NCBI GenBank assembly: GCA_964247055.1
Contig: OZ176050.1
Location: 7,750,001-7,814,000, forward strand
Source: Paragordius varius
Taxonomy: Eukaryota; Animalia; Nematomorpha
Direction of reading: 5' to 3'
Length of the DNA stretch: 64,000 nucleotides
Part shown: piece by piece, positions 1 through 29,869 of the stretch
Layout of the letters: each line of letters begins with the position of its first letter
Numbering within the stretch: position 1 is the stretch's first letter
Notes under the pieces: generated by a model
Database searches by the model: none
What the model saw: only the letters and a program-made list of their open reading frames with translations
Told to the model about the DNA's origin: nothing
Program-made: the position numbers and the translations under genes

Positions 1-216
1 GATAATTTGCAAAAATGTTGTAAAATAAAAATGGCGTCGAAGTTTGATGTGGAACTTTTTTTGAAAACCAAATTTTATTTAGATATTTCGGCTTATTTAT
101 ATAATTTTTATTAGGGTAGAATCATAAATTAAATTGGGTTTCAGTTGTTTTTTAAAAATTTAAACTTAAATATAGTCTGAAGTATTTAGATGCCCCAATT
201 TGAATCAAAGTGTTAA
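1..216 (+). mobile_element. 3' part of TTAA-flanked MITE (family T1), cut by window edge
   Basis: Homologous to 660-885; ends ...ccccaatttgaatcaaagtg followed by TTAA (213-216). Confidence 0.8.
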
Positions 217-300
217 AGGATAATTTAGGTTCCATTTCGAAATTTACAGTGTCTGATTTTATATAATAAATTAATTGACCAAATACTTTTGGGTTTTACC

Positions 301-885
301 TTAACACTTGGATGCAACACATTCATTTTAGTCCTTCGATTCAAATTGGGGTAGTTGGATACGGCCTGTTTAAAATTAAAATCTTTAAATAATATGGAAG
401 GAATCAAAACCATAGCAAAATTTTGCACTTATATAACATTAATAAACCGGAATATATAAAAAACATTTTTCAAAAATACTTGATAATACTTATTTTAAGC
501 TAAAACCGAAAGGTAAAAATTTAGTCAACGTGGCATGCGTGCAATGGTAAAATTGAAAAATAATACGAAGTAACCAGCTTTTTCTATTTCTATCAATGTT
601 AGATGTAATTTAAATAAAAAATTAGCTTTAATTTTACTCTTAAAATTAAATGAAGACGATATTTCGCAAAAAGTTTGCAAAATAAAAATGGCGTCCAAGT
701 AGTTTGACATGGAAATTTTTTTTCAAAACAAAATTTTATTAAAATATTTTAGCCTATTTATATAATTTTATTGGGATAGAAGCATAAATTTAAATTAGGA
801 ACGTTTCCTTCAGTAGTTTTTTTAAAATTTTGAATTTAATTTGGTCTGGGATATTTAGATACCCCAAATTGAATCGAAGTGTTCA
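301..885 (+). mobile_element. TTAA-flanked ~580-bp non-autonomous DNA transposon (family T1, piggyBac-like TSD)
   Basis: TTAA-cacttgg...tcgaagtg-TTCA; internal inverted copy of cttcgattcaaattggggta; homologous to 50566-51142 and 62320-62899. Confidence 0.85.
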
Positions 886-944
886 AAATGATAATATTAA
901 GTATTTTTAAATAAATAAATTTATTTTTCGATTTTTGGTTCTTA

Positions 945-1125
945 ATGTTATATAAGTGCAACTTTACCTATGGATTTAATTCCGTCCCTATTTTCTGAAG
1001 GACTGAGGTATCCAACTACCCTAATTTGAATTGAAAGAGGAAATGAATCTGTTGTATCCAATTGTTATGTAAATAGCCTGCTTTCGTTTGATAAATATAA
1101 ATTATTTTGCATGTGTAACGATTAT
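945..1125 (-). mobile_element. Degraded T1 MITE fragment
   Basis: atgttatataagtgcaa...ggtatccaactaccc...gtatccaattgtta resembles 51000-51142. Confidence 0.6.
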
Positions 1126-1174
1126 TTCCAATCATATGTATTATGTATGAACAAGATACAATGGTTGAAGAATA

Positions 1175-16874
<15,700 letters not shown>

Positions 16875-17474
16875 CTTTTTTATGTTTTCTTTTTTGAATC
16901 ATTTATTTTACATTTATAATTTATTTATTTATTGTAATTTTCATTTCCATATGTACTGCTTTGATATAAATATATTGATAAATAATATACAATGTGTTTT
17001 TTTTGTTTTTGCATAGTTGATGCTTTTGATGTAACAAATTCGAACTTTGCTATATTCGTAATCAATAAATATATAAAATTACTTTCTTGAGTAGAATTGG
17101 TAAAAAAAACAATTGCATAATAGATTTTTTTGTTAAAAGCTTCTTATTTTTAACAAATTTGTTTCGATACTTTTATTAAAATTATCTAAAAAAATATTAT
17201 AAATAATGTATATGTAAAATTGAATTTTACAAAGAGATCGTAAAATCAGTCAATTGAATTTTGATTTAGCATCTTTGTACGATATCTATATTTCTACAGT
17301 TTTCATATACATATATAAGGGCGGAATTATTATGATTATATCCATTTTTTTAATATGAAACACTTTTGCGAAAGGGGAATGACATACATGTATTCATATT
17401 GGTGATAAAAAATGATGACTAAATATAAAATTTGGACTAGAAAAGTGGAAACATATGGACTAGAGGAGATTTTG

Positions 17475-20400
17475 TTATGGTGCACCCAAGGTACAATTAT
17501 CAACAGTTACATACAAACCCGTATATAACAGATCACAACGGATAGCATTGTTGGAAAAGGAAAGTTCTGGGACTTTGAATTCAGGGTTTATGGTTATCTA
17601 AAGGGGATGGGAATTAAATCAAAATAGTTTTATTTAACATGAAAAAGCTTTATTTAAGTAAGAACCAACGATATTCTATATGTCAATAAACCTTAGTTTT
17701 TTTGTTTTCAAACAACTAATGTTTCACCCATTTAAGTTACATATCACCGATAAATAATATAATTTATACTAAACTGTAAAATATCATTGCATTATTATAT
17801 AAAGAGGTATCCTAACGTTAGAATAAAATTTATGTAGCCTTTTTTCTAAAATATACCTTAAAAATATAATATCCTGGTTGGACATCAGTTATATCCACCC
17901 ATTGGCAATCAATATTGTGTTCGTAGACGTCGGAACATCCAACCGAAATACCCTGATCTCCAAAATTTTGGCACCGATATTTATGAGTTGAAAATCGTCG
18001 ACATTCGTTATCTTCCAAGCAAAAACTGGCTTTATGTCCTTGAGCTACACGGCGCCCTCTTCGATCAGTTAAATCATAGTGACTAAACACATCCATACTA
18101 TGGTAATGCCTGTGTAAATTTTGCATAAATATATATGTTATATAATACTTAAAAATGGATCTGTGGCTGGTCAAAAAATATTTTATAAAGACGCTGTTCT
18201 TTAACTCATCACTAGTTTAAAATATGACATAAAACATTTGGTAAACATATATTTAATTATTATTGAAAACTGTCACGGTGACGTTCTTCATTCGTAAATG
18301 TATAAAGCTGTTAATTTCAATATAAAGTTTATCGACAGATTAATTTAAGTCAATTCAATTAATATTTATTTTAATGAATAAATTTAATTTAAGATATTTA
18401 TGATAAGATACATGTGGCAAGCATGCCATTCCCAGAGATATTTAGGCAAATGTGGACGGAAATCGGCAGTTCCTAGATTCACAATGCGACTTGTAAAACG
18501 TAATAAGCGTCGTGTCAGGTATGGCCACACTGTAGAAGATATCGTTTTTATAAAATTAAAAATAGGAATTTTATTTGCCAAAAAATTAAAATATTAATTT
18601 TTGGTAAATGGTTTGCATGTATATTTTATATAACATTGTATGTGCCCTATTTTTTAAGGAATATTTAATATCAATACATTTCCAAAACAAAGAAACTTTA
18701 TTGATTGCATAATATATGGTATAACGTGAAAAAAATAATTTACTGTAATCCGAAGAATCCAATGCATAGGCAGAGCGAGATAAACAATTTTCTTCCATGG
18801 CACATCGAAGGAAAAACATTTGTCGATCTTCTATGTAAGCCGTGGTTCGCAATAATTCAGCGTCGGGAATTAGATCAGGTAAGCCTAGAGTAAGTTTTTG
18901 TAACAAAAAAATGGTTAATCGTTTATATTTTTACGAATTTCAGGCTTGTTGATCTGGGCTTAAAATATATGTATTTTTGGGTGACGTTTTGCACATATTT
19001 TTAAGCTATGATCACAAATTTGTAGTATTCGTAAACAAGGTGAATTATTTTGTTAACATATTTGCAAATTATATACAACACAATATCGAGAGTTTTACGA
19101 AAAAAAATTGAAAGCAAAAAATATTAATAGCTACGAAAATTTAATAAATTCCAAAAAAAACTTACCATCACCACAAACGACTCCAGCTAAATTAGAACCG
19201 CCAGGACATTCAACATTGCCCGTTCCCATTTCTTTGAATTGACACTCTCGTAATCCACTCTCTGTTCCTCTACAAGTTATTCCATTCAACACTATATCTT
19301 CTCTACGCCCACCAAACACGTGTGTCTAGCGATAATTCAAATAAAATTACCTAAAATATTTCAAATATTCTATGCTAAAGAAAAAAGTTTTAATGTTTCC
19401 ACTTAAAAAATTAAAATTCAGACAATATCGATGAATATGCTTTTAGAATCTAATAAAATGCCAAACCTATAGCGAATTCAAGGCAAAAATGCTTTGAGCT
19501 AATGCCTTAATAACTTTTGTTTATGAAAAATATATTATTGAATAGTCAATTTTTTATGTACTTACGTATTTCGTGATTTTTGTTATAGGAAATTTATATA
19601 TTTATAAAAAATGTAAGATTGAAAATTGTGATATATTATCAGGAACAATAACCATACCTTAACCCAAAATTATTTACAGTGAAAACTAAAATCATACGGA
19701 CAAAACTTACAAATATATTTTTTACAAGAGTGCTGAACTTTAATAAATTTGATTTTTTAATGCAACTACTCATTGTTTTAAGTTGCAAATTATTAATAGA
19801 GATGTATGACGGTACATTGTAATTTAACAGTTTATATAGAAAAATTTAAGATTCAACAAAGTGTACGTTGTTTTTTGAATAAAAATATATGTCTTTCTTT
19901 CAGGTACTCCCAAAATTTCAAAAAGCTTTTAGAAGATAGGTTGTTAAAACATTATTGGTTTTTTATTTAAATATAACCATTTCTTTTGTGGATGCCTTAA
20001 ATAGCGACTGGTATATGTACATAGCAAAATATATGGTTAATTATTCCTGTTTTGACACTCCATGACCTTTTGGGGCATTTTTATATCTTAGAACGATTTT
20101 TGAATATCTTAAAAGCATTTAAAGTATTAAGCCGAATTTAAATATATGTTTCCGCGTTTTAGGCGCATTATACATAAAAAAAATTTTAAAGTAAAATTGT
20201 AAAAAGTCCTCATCTCATTTTTTGCCGCCATTTTTTTCTATAAATTTTGTTTAATGTAATGCAACACGTAAATATATGTACATTATAAATGTAAAGATAA
20301 ACTTTAAAAAGCTTTCAGGCTACATTTTACCAGCAAAAACTTGATATATTTTGATTTAAATATCAGCTGTTTGTTTCAATCGTGCTTTGTAGCTGCCCCA

Positions 20401-21303
20401 ATTTTTACTCTAAAATGCACAAAAGTGTAAATATACGCTTTTTTATTTACTTATGTTTGATCATTAAATTTTAGCTAAAATAACTTTCAAGACAGTAGAT
20501 TATTTATAAAATTGAGCTCTGGAATACAAAACTACCCCAATATTTTAACAAGGACAAAAAATTGAGAAGGTCAAGAAGTGTTAGAAGTTACTCACAATAA
20601 TAATGTTTTTTGATACGCATTTCTGCATCCCAAAATTTTCAGATACCGAAAAACTATTAACTACCCAAGATTCTGTCTATAAATAAGAAATCATAACAAA
20701 AGTTCCAAAGATCATCAAAGATTTCGACAAAAATAAATGTTTTATATACATACATCGTATGATATTTAAAAAATTATAAATTTTGAACAAAAGTTACACT
20801 AATTGATGATTTTAGTTTTTGGGTAAATTGATATAATATATCGACTAATTTTTATAATTAACCATATCTAAAAAATCCTTGACCGCTCTTAAAATATTTT
20901 TAAAGGTTTATTGTCGAATAAAATATATACATCAGCGCAAAATTTTACCCCATAAATTATACTATATACTAATTGGAGTTAATGTAGCGTGCAAAAATAT
21001 ATATTTGATAACAATATAAATACAATTATTTTTGTATATCTTGATAATGAAATCAACAAAAATATTTATATCACATAAAAAAGCAACACATTCAATAAAA
21101 TTGTTTCAAAGTCAAATTTGGTACAAGTACAAATTCGATCACGTCGTCGTTGTATATAAAAATATTATTATACAATCAAAAATACAATAAATATTTTTAT
21201 ATATCTATGTTAATTTATATTTTTGACGATTAAGGTTATCTATATCTCAACGAAAAAAATTAATGAAAATAATTAAAATATATATATTATGGCTATGATG
21301 AAA

Positions 21304-21350
<47 letters not shown>

Positions 21351-24300
21351 TTCATACACAAAGTTTTATATAATTTTTTAGAAAAAAAGATTACTTGAGG
21401 TGCTGCTTTAGCAAATCCCAATCCAAGTTCTGTACACGTAACATTAGCTTCCATAAGCATCCATCCATCCCCACAAATAACGCCCCAACGATTGTTTCCA
21501 TACAAATCGACTTCAACTCTGCCTTCATTGGCTGAAGAACGGCCACCTACTATTCGTATCCGCATACGGTTATCTCGATCATGTATAGCATCCTTTGTAC
21601 ACCAACAAAAAAAGATTATATAAGAAAAATAAAATGTATAACAAAATTAGATTTATAATAATTTTAATAAAATGTAATAACAATAACATAATTTGATCAT
21701 TGCAAAATAAGCATTTTAATTATTGAGACATTGCACCAGCACCTATCGAACCATTTGTAACAAATATAAGGCTTTTGATTAAAATCAAAAAATAAATAGC
21801 CTATTAAAGTCAATGCTCAAAATATTATTAATATTATATTTTAACAATATATTATTATGCCTATTGCGATTATGCGTTTAACAAAATAAAAAAATCGTTC
21901 GGACATAAACAGCATGTTTTGCAAAAAATGAATCATACATACCATAATTCTCTGTCTGGGTGAATGGGCAAAGGTGTCTTGATTCGGGTCTAATTCCTCT
22001 CCAATGTTGAGTTGACCTCTTGATGCAGATATGGCAGCTCTATTGTTACTACTTATAGCCAGATTTGTAGAGGGCCTATCTTCTTGGCTAACGCATTCAA
22101 CACCAGCGGCTTCAGCAATAGAACAATCATGAATGCCCCAACCATTGGACGAACATTCATGGATAAAATTTTCATTGCCCTGACAATTTACATTATCTAA
22201 CCAATATCGACCTAATACAAAAATATTATATAAATTTAGTTGGACAAAAAAATAATATGATTATGAAATGGTATTGTGTTGAGCTGAACAACCTTTTGTA
22301 TATGGCATTATAAATTATGCTCTTATAAACAGTGGCAGATGATATTCGTCGCTTGGTAAATGGCCAAAAAAATCAAACAAAAACTTGAATTAAATTTAAA
22401 AATATTATTTCAGCGACCCTTACACTATGACGCACGGGGCATTTAAACCCTTCCGACCGCCTTACTACGCCCCTGCTTATGAGTAGAACCAGTAATTAGG
22501 CTATTTTGTTTTTCTTCTTTATACCGTTGATGAATTTTAAATTAATAATATATCATATATATGTCTAGGAAAAAAAACATAGAAAAATTATGCTAAAAAA
22601 TTTAGAATTTAAAGAAAAGCCGGTTTGTTTAAGAAATCATATGCAAATATTGGTAACAATTTTTTTATGTTATTTATACGATAAATTAATTGTAATATTC
22701 AATTATTTAATAATACGAGCGTAGATTTAAATCATATAATTAATTCACTAAAGAAAACGAAAAAAATATAAATTTTAAAAAACTTTTTATTGGCTAAACA
22801 TTGTTGTTTTTCTTTGTGTTAAAGGTCAAGTTTAAGCTAACCACAACAATTAAATATATATATTTTAAAATAATTAGTTTAAATTTAATTTATAATCATT
22901 ATCATATAATTCGAATCGTGAGTTAAAACTAAGATAAAAAAACTCAGCTATATAGCAATAATTTGAATTAAGCTGTCTCAAAAAATGAATCAATTTGTTA
23001 CATTATTATTATTATAATAATAACATTATGTATCGTAAAAAGCCATACACATGTATCCAATTTAAACAAATTTAATTAAAAATGTATTAAAATTTTTGCA
23101 ATAAATATTATGAAACGCGAACATGTGTTACTTTGTCCTAATTTTTAAAGTGTAAGACTAAATTAAGACATCATATAATTTTACTCAAAATTAATAACGG
23201 ACAATTAACCATGAATCTTTTAATTAGAATTTCTTGTCATTACTGATCAACATATGGCTATAATCTTCAAGATGAAATCTCTTTTTTCTTGTATGTTTTA
23301 AGTTAAAACCCCTTTTTTGAGGGGGGGGGGGTGTGGAAATTTGAGATTAGGTGTAATACATAGAATTCTATTATATGCCATCAAATTGATTTATACTACT
23401 TATATTATTGAATTTTGACAATAATTACATCAATATTTCCCGTTAAAAACCCTATATTTCAGTGACAGTTTAAATTTAAAGGGCTAGGTAAGTCAATAAT
23501 AAAATTATGAATAAATTTATTCTCGTCTGAAGATTTTAGAAAGAACCAAAGTTATTTAGACATATTTGACCATTACCTGTAGCTCTACCAAATTCAGAAT
23601 CATGCGTAGCTCTACGAGCTGCGGCAAAACCCAATTGTCTGCAAGCAACATTGGCGTCTCTGATATCCCAATCATCATCACAAATGGATCCCCATCGACC
23701 TAAATGGAAAACCTCCACGTTTCCTGCAATGTGCGATTGGGTTCCTGTTAATCGTACTTCGCCTTCACGAGCTGTCCCTGAAGAGGACGATGGACTAACA
23801 GCTAGGAGCAAACATATTAAGTTTTCAAAAAAGAATAAAATAATGTTATAGGTGATAATTTAACTTTAATTTATTAGTGCGGTTTGTTTCATCTATTGTA
23901 TAAAAACAAGAATATATTTAACCATAAAAAATTGACTATATTTGGGTAGGATCAATATTTGGATAAAAATAGTCTTTTCATTAACCAATAATATTTTTTT
24001 GTCTGAAAAAAATATTGTGGCTGTAGTTTTTTAAGGCTTTATATACATTATATAAGCGGGTAGCATTTTTTGTATATGAGTAAATAATTTTTACATACCA
24101 TCTAAAAACTGTGGTCTAAAATAAGAGCCTGGTCCCTGGTATGCACGCGAATTCCCATTTATAGATTGCGCTCCAACCAACAACGAATTTGAATGTAGTA
24201 TCGTCGTATCAAATTTTAATCGATCAAAAAAGTGTGATATAGGTAAAATATTATAGGTGGTGAATAAAATAAAAATTTGGAATAATACATTGCATTGGAT

Positions 24301-25575
24301 GGAATTTGGGCGTAAATAATGTAACTTTTTATTCCTATTTTTACTTAAATAATGTTTGATATTTGATCTTTGATGTGTTTGTGTGGAAAATGCTTGGGTA
24401 TCTGGATTATCTAGAATTGACTCTTGCTGTAGAATATCCTTTTGTGAATAATGATTACTGTTATTTAAAGACATTTTAGTAAAATTGACAAGGAAAAATA
24501 TCAATAATGTATGACAATAATAGAAGTAGTAGTATGATGATAAATATAAATAGGATGCATTATTATTATTATAGATTGGTCGTTTATCGTCGATTCGCAA
24601 TGATAAATAATGTCCTGATGATGACACTAATAAAATATTTTGTTTTTCAATTTCAGTTTTTCCATCTTCATTCCTGCTACGTGACTCTACTGTTAAATCC
24701 GATACATTGTTTTTCATGTTGGAAATTTTTTTAACATTTGTTATTTCATTGTTATTAATAATGCAAGAGTTTAATGTAGGAATTGTAACTTGAGTCGTCG
24801 AACCAATTTTTGCTGTATCAACCACCAATTCAATGTTGTCACCAAAATTATTCATTTGTGGCGCGAGATAATTTTTACCGTTAATAAATATGTTATTTTT
24901 ATTATTATTATTATGGTAAAATAATTCGTATATTATGTGATTTTGAGACAACCTCGATCTTATTAATGTAACAATGTAATAATTTATTTTTATCAATGTT
25001 TCATTAATTTGATTACATTTATATTTTTCACTATCAATAATAGTAATATTATTATTACTATAATTTAGTAAAGTATTTAATTGCCTTTTTACATTATTCA
25101 TATTCATATTAATATCAATGTTAATTTCATAATAAAAATCATTACAATAACAATTACAGTGATAAATTTTATCTTCTTTTTGGCTTTTGGTTATAACTGT
25201 ATTCTTGATAATATTTCTAGTCTTAACATATATTGAAACCGGGTGTGCTGAGGAGCAATCACTTACTTTGATGTTTGTTAATGAATCCCATATTGATGTA
25301 CGGTGAGTTTTAGTTTTATTAATATCCACACTTTTTTCATTGTTTTGATATGTCCAACTACTTATCAAATTATTTTCACTCTTTCTTAAAACCAATAATA
25401 TCTTAACTAATGTCATAATATTTGACTCGACTATTTCCATAGTTTTAGAGTTGATAAAATTTTTATAACACGCTATGTATACCAAATTTGGTTTGCATAA
25501 TGGCCTTTGTTTGACTTTATTTCGTAGACTTTTGATGTTGTACATGGATTGATTTTTTCGTAGACAGTCAACCAT
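17475..25575 (-). CDS. LOXL2-like: Lysyl oxidase-like protein (2 SRCR domains + LOX catalytic domain) with a ~490-aa N-terminal extension, 9 exons, ~987 aa
   Basis: Exons (minus): 25575-24099, 23801-23577, 22211-21943, 21592-21395, 19325-19166, 18884-18744, 18529-18412, 18109-17857, 17597-17475 (2964 nt, in frame, GT-AG). SRCR1: VRLTG...[33 protein letters not shown]...[16 protein letters not shown]2: IRIVGG...EGRVEV...[12 protein letters not shown]: LPDLIPD, Cu-binding [19 protein letters not shown] Lys in [10 protein letters not shown] and Tyr in [19 protein letters not shown]. Whether translation starts at 25575 or at an internal Met is uncertain. Confidence 0.92.
20130..20240. repeat. Dispersed repeat, inverted homolog at ~32545-32640
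   Basis: gtaaaaagtcctcatctca...gccgccatttt vs aaaatggcggc...tgagatgaggattttttac. Confidence 0.5.
21307..21348. repeat. (TA)n microsatellite
   Basis: Direct reading; in a LOXL intron. Confidence 0.95.
22330..22475. mobile_element. 146-bp hAT-type MITE
   Basis: Termini cagtggcag / tacgcccctg; degenerate 8-bp TSD cttataaa / cttatgag. Confidence 0.55.
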
Positions 25576-28500
25576 TTTACTGGTGGCAAAAATTCGAATA
25601 GAATAAGTTTTACTATATTTATAATGAAGATTAAAAATTACTTTGTGGATGACACTTTTGAATAACCAGTTTTTGCAATAATATTAGCAATAATAGCAAT
25701 AATTAAAATATTGTCAATTTTCTATTTTGTTGAAGGTTAATGATATTTTTTTGTTTTTATATAGATGACAAAACTATCCATGTGGTCCTTAAATTGCTTA
25801 TCTTTGCAGTCTCAAAAAACGCTATTGTAACTCTTAACGGTCAAACAAAGTGGATGGATGTATGATTTATTGATTTTAACCCTGAAAATAATTTATATGT
25901 ATATAATAATAATTATTATTATTTCAAGTCTTTAAAAATGAAGGATGTATATATATATACGCATAGTTTGCGATGGTTTTTTTATAGAATATTATCCATC
26001 AAAATATTGTATTGATTTATGTATATATCAAATAATTCTTCAATATGGTCAATTGTTTTAATGGATAAGAAATAATTTATTATTTAAATTAAAAAAAATT
26101 GTTTCTCCGTTCGACTTTTTTTTCGTTAAGAAAATCAATTGGAATATGGATGGATTCTAAAGAAAAAATAAATTGTCAATGATATCGTTGATCGTAGGAT
26201 ATTTTGCAACTGCACCTTTCTAGGATAATGGAATAGAAATGATCAAAAGACTTTTCATCGAATAGGAAAATGAATATTCTTTATGAAGAATTCCTTGGTG
26301 AATAGCTGATATGAAACAAATCAAGTTTCACGGGGTTGGTTGGTATTCAAAAATATATGTCTGAACTAAAAGATTTAATGTATGCAATAGAAATTTTTGC
26401 TGTAATCTTCTGCCTATACATAAGTTTGATTCAAACAAATCAATACTTTATTATTTTATGTTATTTAATTAAACGACGATAAATAATATAAATATATATT
26501 ATATAATATGATTGGGTGTGCCAAAATTGGATATTTATTTATCGGAGATTGAGCAGATCAGTATGTACGAAAGTTCGTATTAAAAAGACAACTAAATAAC
26601 ACTATACTATTGATATAGGAAAACAAATCGATTTTAAAATAACGAAAAAAATACAATTTAATATAGCATAAATCTTCACATAAAAACATGTTAACATTGT
26701 TTCAAAAAATGCACATTAATTAAATCTTAACACATATTTTACAATATTATCATCTGAATGATAAATATGAAAGAGTATAATTTCCATTAAAATTTCAAAA
26801 TATAAACTTTAGAAAAAGAGTTTTACGATTTTTATTCGAATGAATATGGCATGACTTTTTATTTGGTTTTTCATATTGGATTTCAAACGTAAAAAATGTC
26901 AAATATATGGTTTTTTTTAAATAAGTCGTAATAGAGAGAGTTATGAATACAGGAAGTTATTTATAAAATCCTCATAAATTAACAACTGTAAGATTTAACC
27001 AACTATTTTTTAAAAGGTTAAGAAGCTTTAATATTTTTTTATAATATATAAAACATCGATCGCATTTGAAAATTAGTAGTGATTTTATGTATGTAAAATT
27101 TAAAATCAAATAATATATATGCTGGTAATATCCTGGCATACTTATATTTAAACCATTTACATATTTAAACATTAGTATTTTTTTAAGAAAACAATATTTG
27201 AGATAATTCTTTGAATTCACTTAATTATGTGTGTTGTTTTAAGCACATCTTAAAAATATTCAAAAATCTAACAACCAAATTTTATCATATCATAATTAGA
27301 TATATTATTTAAAATAATTAACACAGTTATATTATGTTACTTAAAAATATTTTTAATTAAAAACAATTAAATAAATATAATATTGTATACATACATTAAA
27401 AATTAAAAGTTTTTTGTAATAAATATATCAAGGTCAAACCAAACGTTTTAGGATTTATTCGACGAAAATTAAAATTATTTTGCAAAAAAATAAATTCAAC
27501 CTAAATTGTAATTTGTGTTTATATGATGTGATGATATTTCTTAGAATTTATTTTTTACTTTAAATAATGATATTAAACGTATTTATAATATTTTTTAATT
27601 TAAACTAACTATATTAGCTATATCTAATTGTGCATAATCAAATCAAATTAAAATGAATTTAAGATCAAGGATTTATGCCGTTACACGTTTCAATTATGTA
27701 ATCGCTTTTTTAGTTTACTAAAAAAATATATATAGTTGATTATTTATTGTTGATAATTATGGTTATAAAGGCAATTTATGTCAAAACATTATTGGGGAAA
27801 TTATTACAAAACATGTTATTAACACTAGTATAATTTAGTTATATTAAGTTTATTTATACAATGTTTATCATAAATCTTAAAACATAAAAAATTTTACGGA
27901 GTGAGTTTAAGTGTGTTTGTGTTAATCACTTGTATGATTTGAATTAAAAATTTTGAACCTGCCTTAATTTGAAATAAATATTGAAACCAGTTTTAAGCCG
28001 TTCCTTAAACTTAAAATGATCAGTTTTTAGCCTTAAGATGCCTTTACACAATTCTTAATGGTAAAGTTTTACCATTTGATGCTGAACGGTTCCTGTTATT
28101 GAAACCATCTGAATTCTTTAAAATATCTGAAATATCTAACGTATATAAGCTTATTTAAAATTAAAAATTAATGAAAATACAATTAGGCAAATCACCCATT
28201 ACTGTGACCGAGTCAAAGAGGAAGGTTAATCGGATTGGATTGGAAGCGAGTGTATGTGAATATAGATATTCACAGCCAGAGGAGTCTCCAAACATGTTTA
28301 AGAATAATATGATTTTTATATATTTATTTATAAAGCATAAATAAGAAGGAGGGATGCCATAGTATGTAGGACGCCGGACTCTTACACTATGTGTGCGGAG
28401 TTGTCAGAGTTTGAGCTCCGATGCGCTTTATTTTCTCATCATCACTGTCAAGATACAATTTAAATCCTTACCCTTTAATAATAAAGAAGATGGAGACTCT

Positions 28501-29869
28501 ATAAACTGCATATTTTTTCTAATTGTTTTAAAAATAAGGTAGCTCATACGAATACTCCCGTTTAACAATATTATAATGAGGTTTAAAAATTTTCAACATA
28601 TATACGGTATGTCTTGCAATAAATACCTTTTAAATCAAAATAAATTTTTCTCAGTCATTTATAGATGATATTTCTGGAAAAATCGTTCCATATACTTTTG
28701 GTTTTCGATTGTTGCACTTTAGTGGGGATAGGCTCTTTAAATAAAAGTGGCTCCGTCAGGTTCTTAAGTGTAATTCATGTTTTAATACAATCAAGGGGGT
28801 AATCTTTCGTTGTTATAGTTTTTGCCGTTTCTCAACTCGGACATAATTCACTTGCTTAATAAACCATTATGTTGGTGTGCCCATACATAAATGAAAGATT
28901 AATGGTGATTAAGAAATGAACGATCCGAATTCTATACCTCTTTCAATGCCTTTTCAATTTTAGGTAGGGCTAAACCTAGGGGTGAATATAAAAAAGGCAC
29001 AGTTACCTGCGCAAACTTAAATTAAAATCATTTTTTTACATTTATAATAATATATATGGATATGACGAAGAATTTGGTACAAAAACCCTTCTTAAGAATT
29101 AGTTATTTAGAGTATAACAGTCTCACACATTTTAGTTTGCTTTGCAGATCTAAAAATATTTGAAGGTGCGATGATTCTGCTGTATAGGCATATGGAACTT
29201 AAGGGTAAAGGGAATTCAAAAAACGAAGACGGTATAAATTAGCGCATGTGGACTCAAAATTGTCAAAAAGAGACGCTGAAGTCAGAAGATAATATAAGTA
29301 TTTAGTTGGTGTTCGTTTTTATAAAAAGAAAGAGGTATCTAACTGTTAATGGTTGGGAAAACATTTTTAAGAATGATGTTGGGACTTGTTAACGAAAGAA
29401 TTTTTACAGACCGGGATTGGGGATAATTTAAAAATAACCGTTCAATATGGCTGTTGCCGAAACTTGACTGAAATATTAATGGCTATAAAACTCAACCTGG
29501 TTAAGGGAAATCTTTTAGGCCATTATAATTTTTGATCGTTCCTACTTTTGAAAATGGCTAAACCTAGGGATAAATAAAGTCGATACATGCAATCATATTT
29601 TTGGAAGCCAAGAATTTAATCGAAAATATTTTACCGCCTTAAAAATTATGATATTCAAAAATGAATTTCACGCTCAAGTAACATTTGGTAAATTATTTTT
29701 TCCACCGATTTTAAAGCCTTGTCTTTTGCGATGCTCATTTACGATGTGGGCCGCTTGGAAATAATATAAAACGATCATAAAATTTTGGCACTTAATTGGA
29801 GATAGTTCATGGATAGATTATGCAAGGTTAAGATTGAGACTTATATTTTATAAAAAAATGTTAAATGGT

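Noticed and set aside
28650-29600. Slightly GC-richer, coding-like decayed segment with repeated gctaaacctaggg
   Set aside because: No recognisable protein motif or termini could be read; probably TE debris but unassignable.
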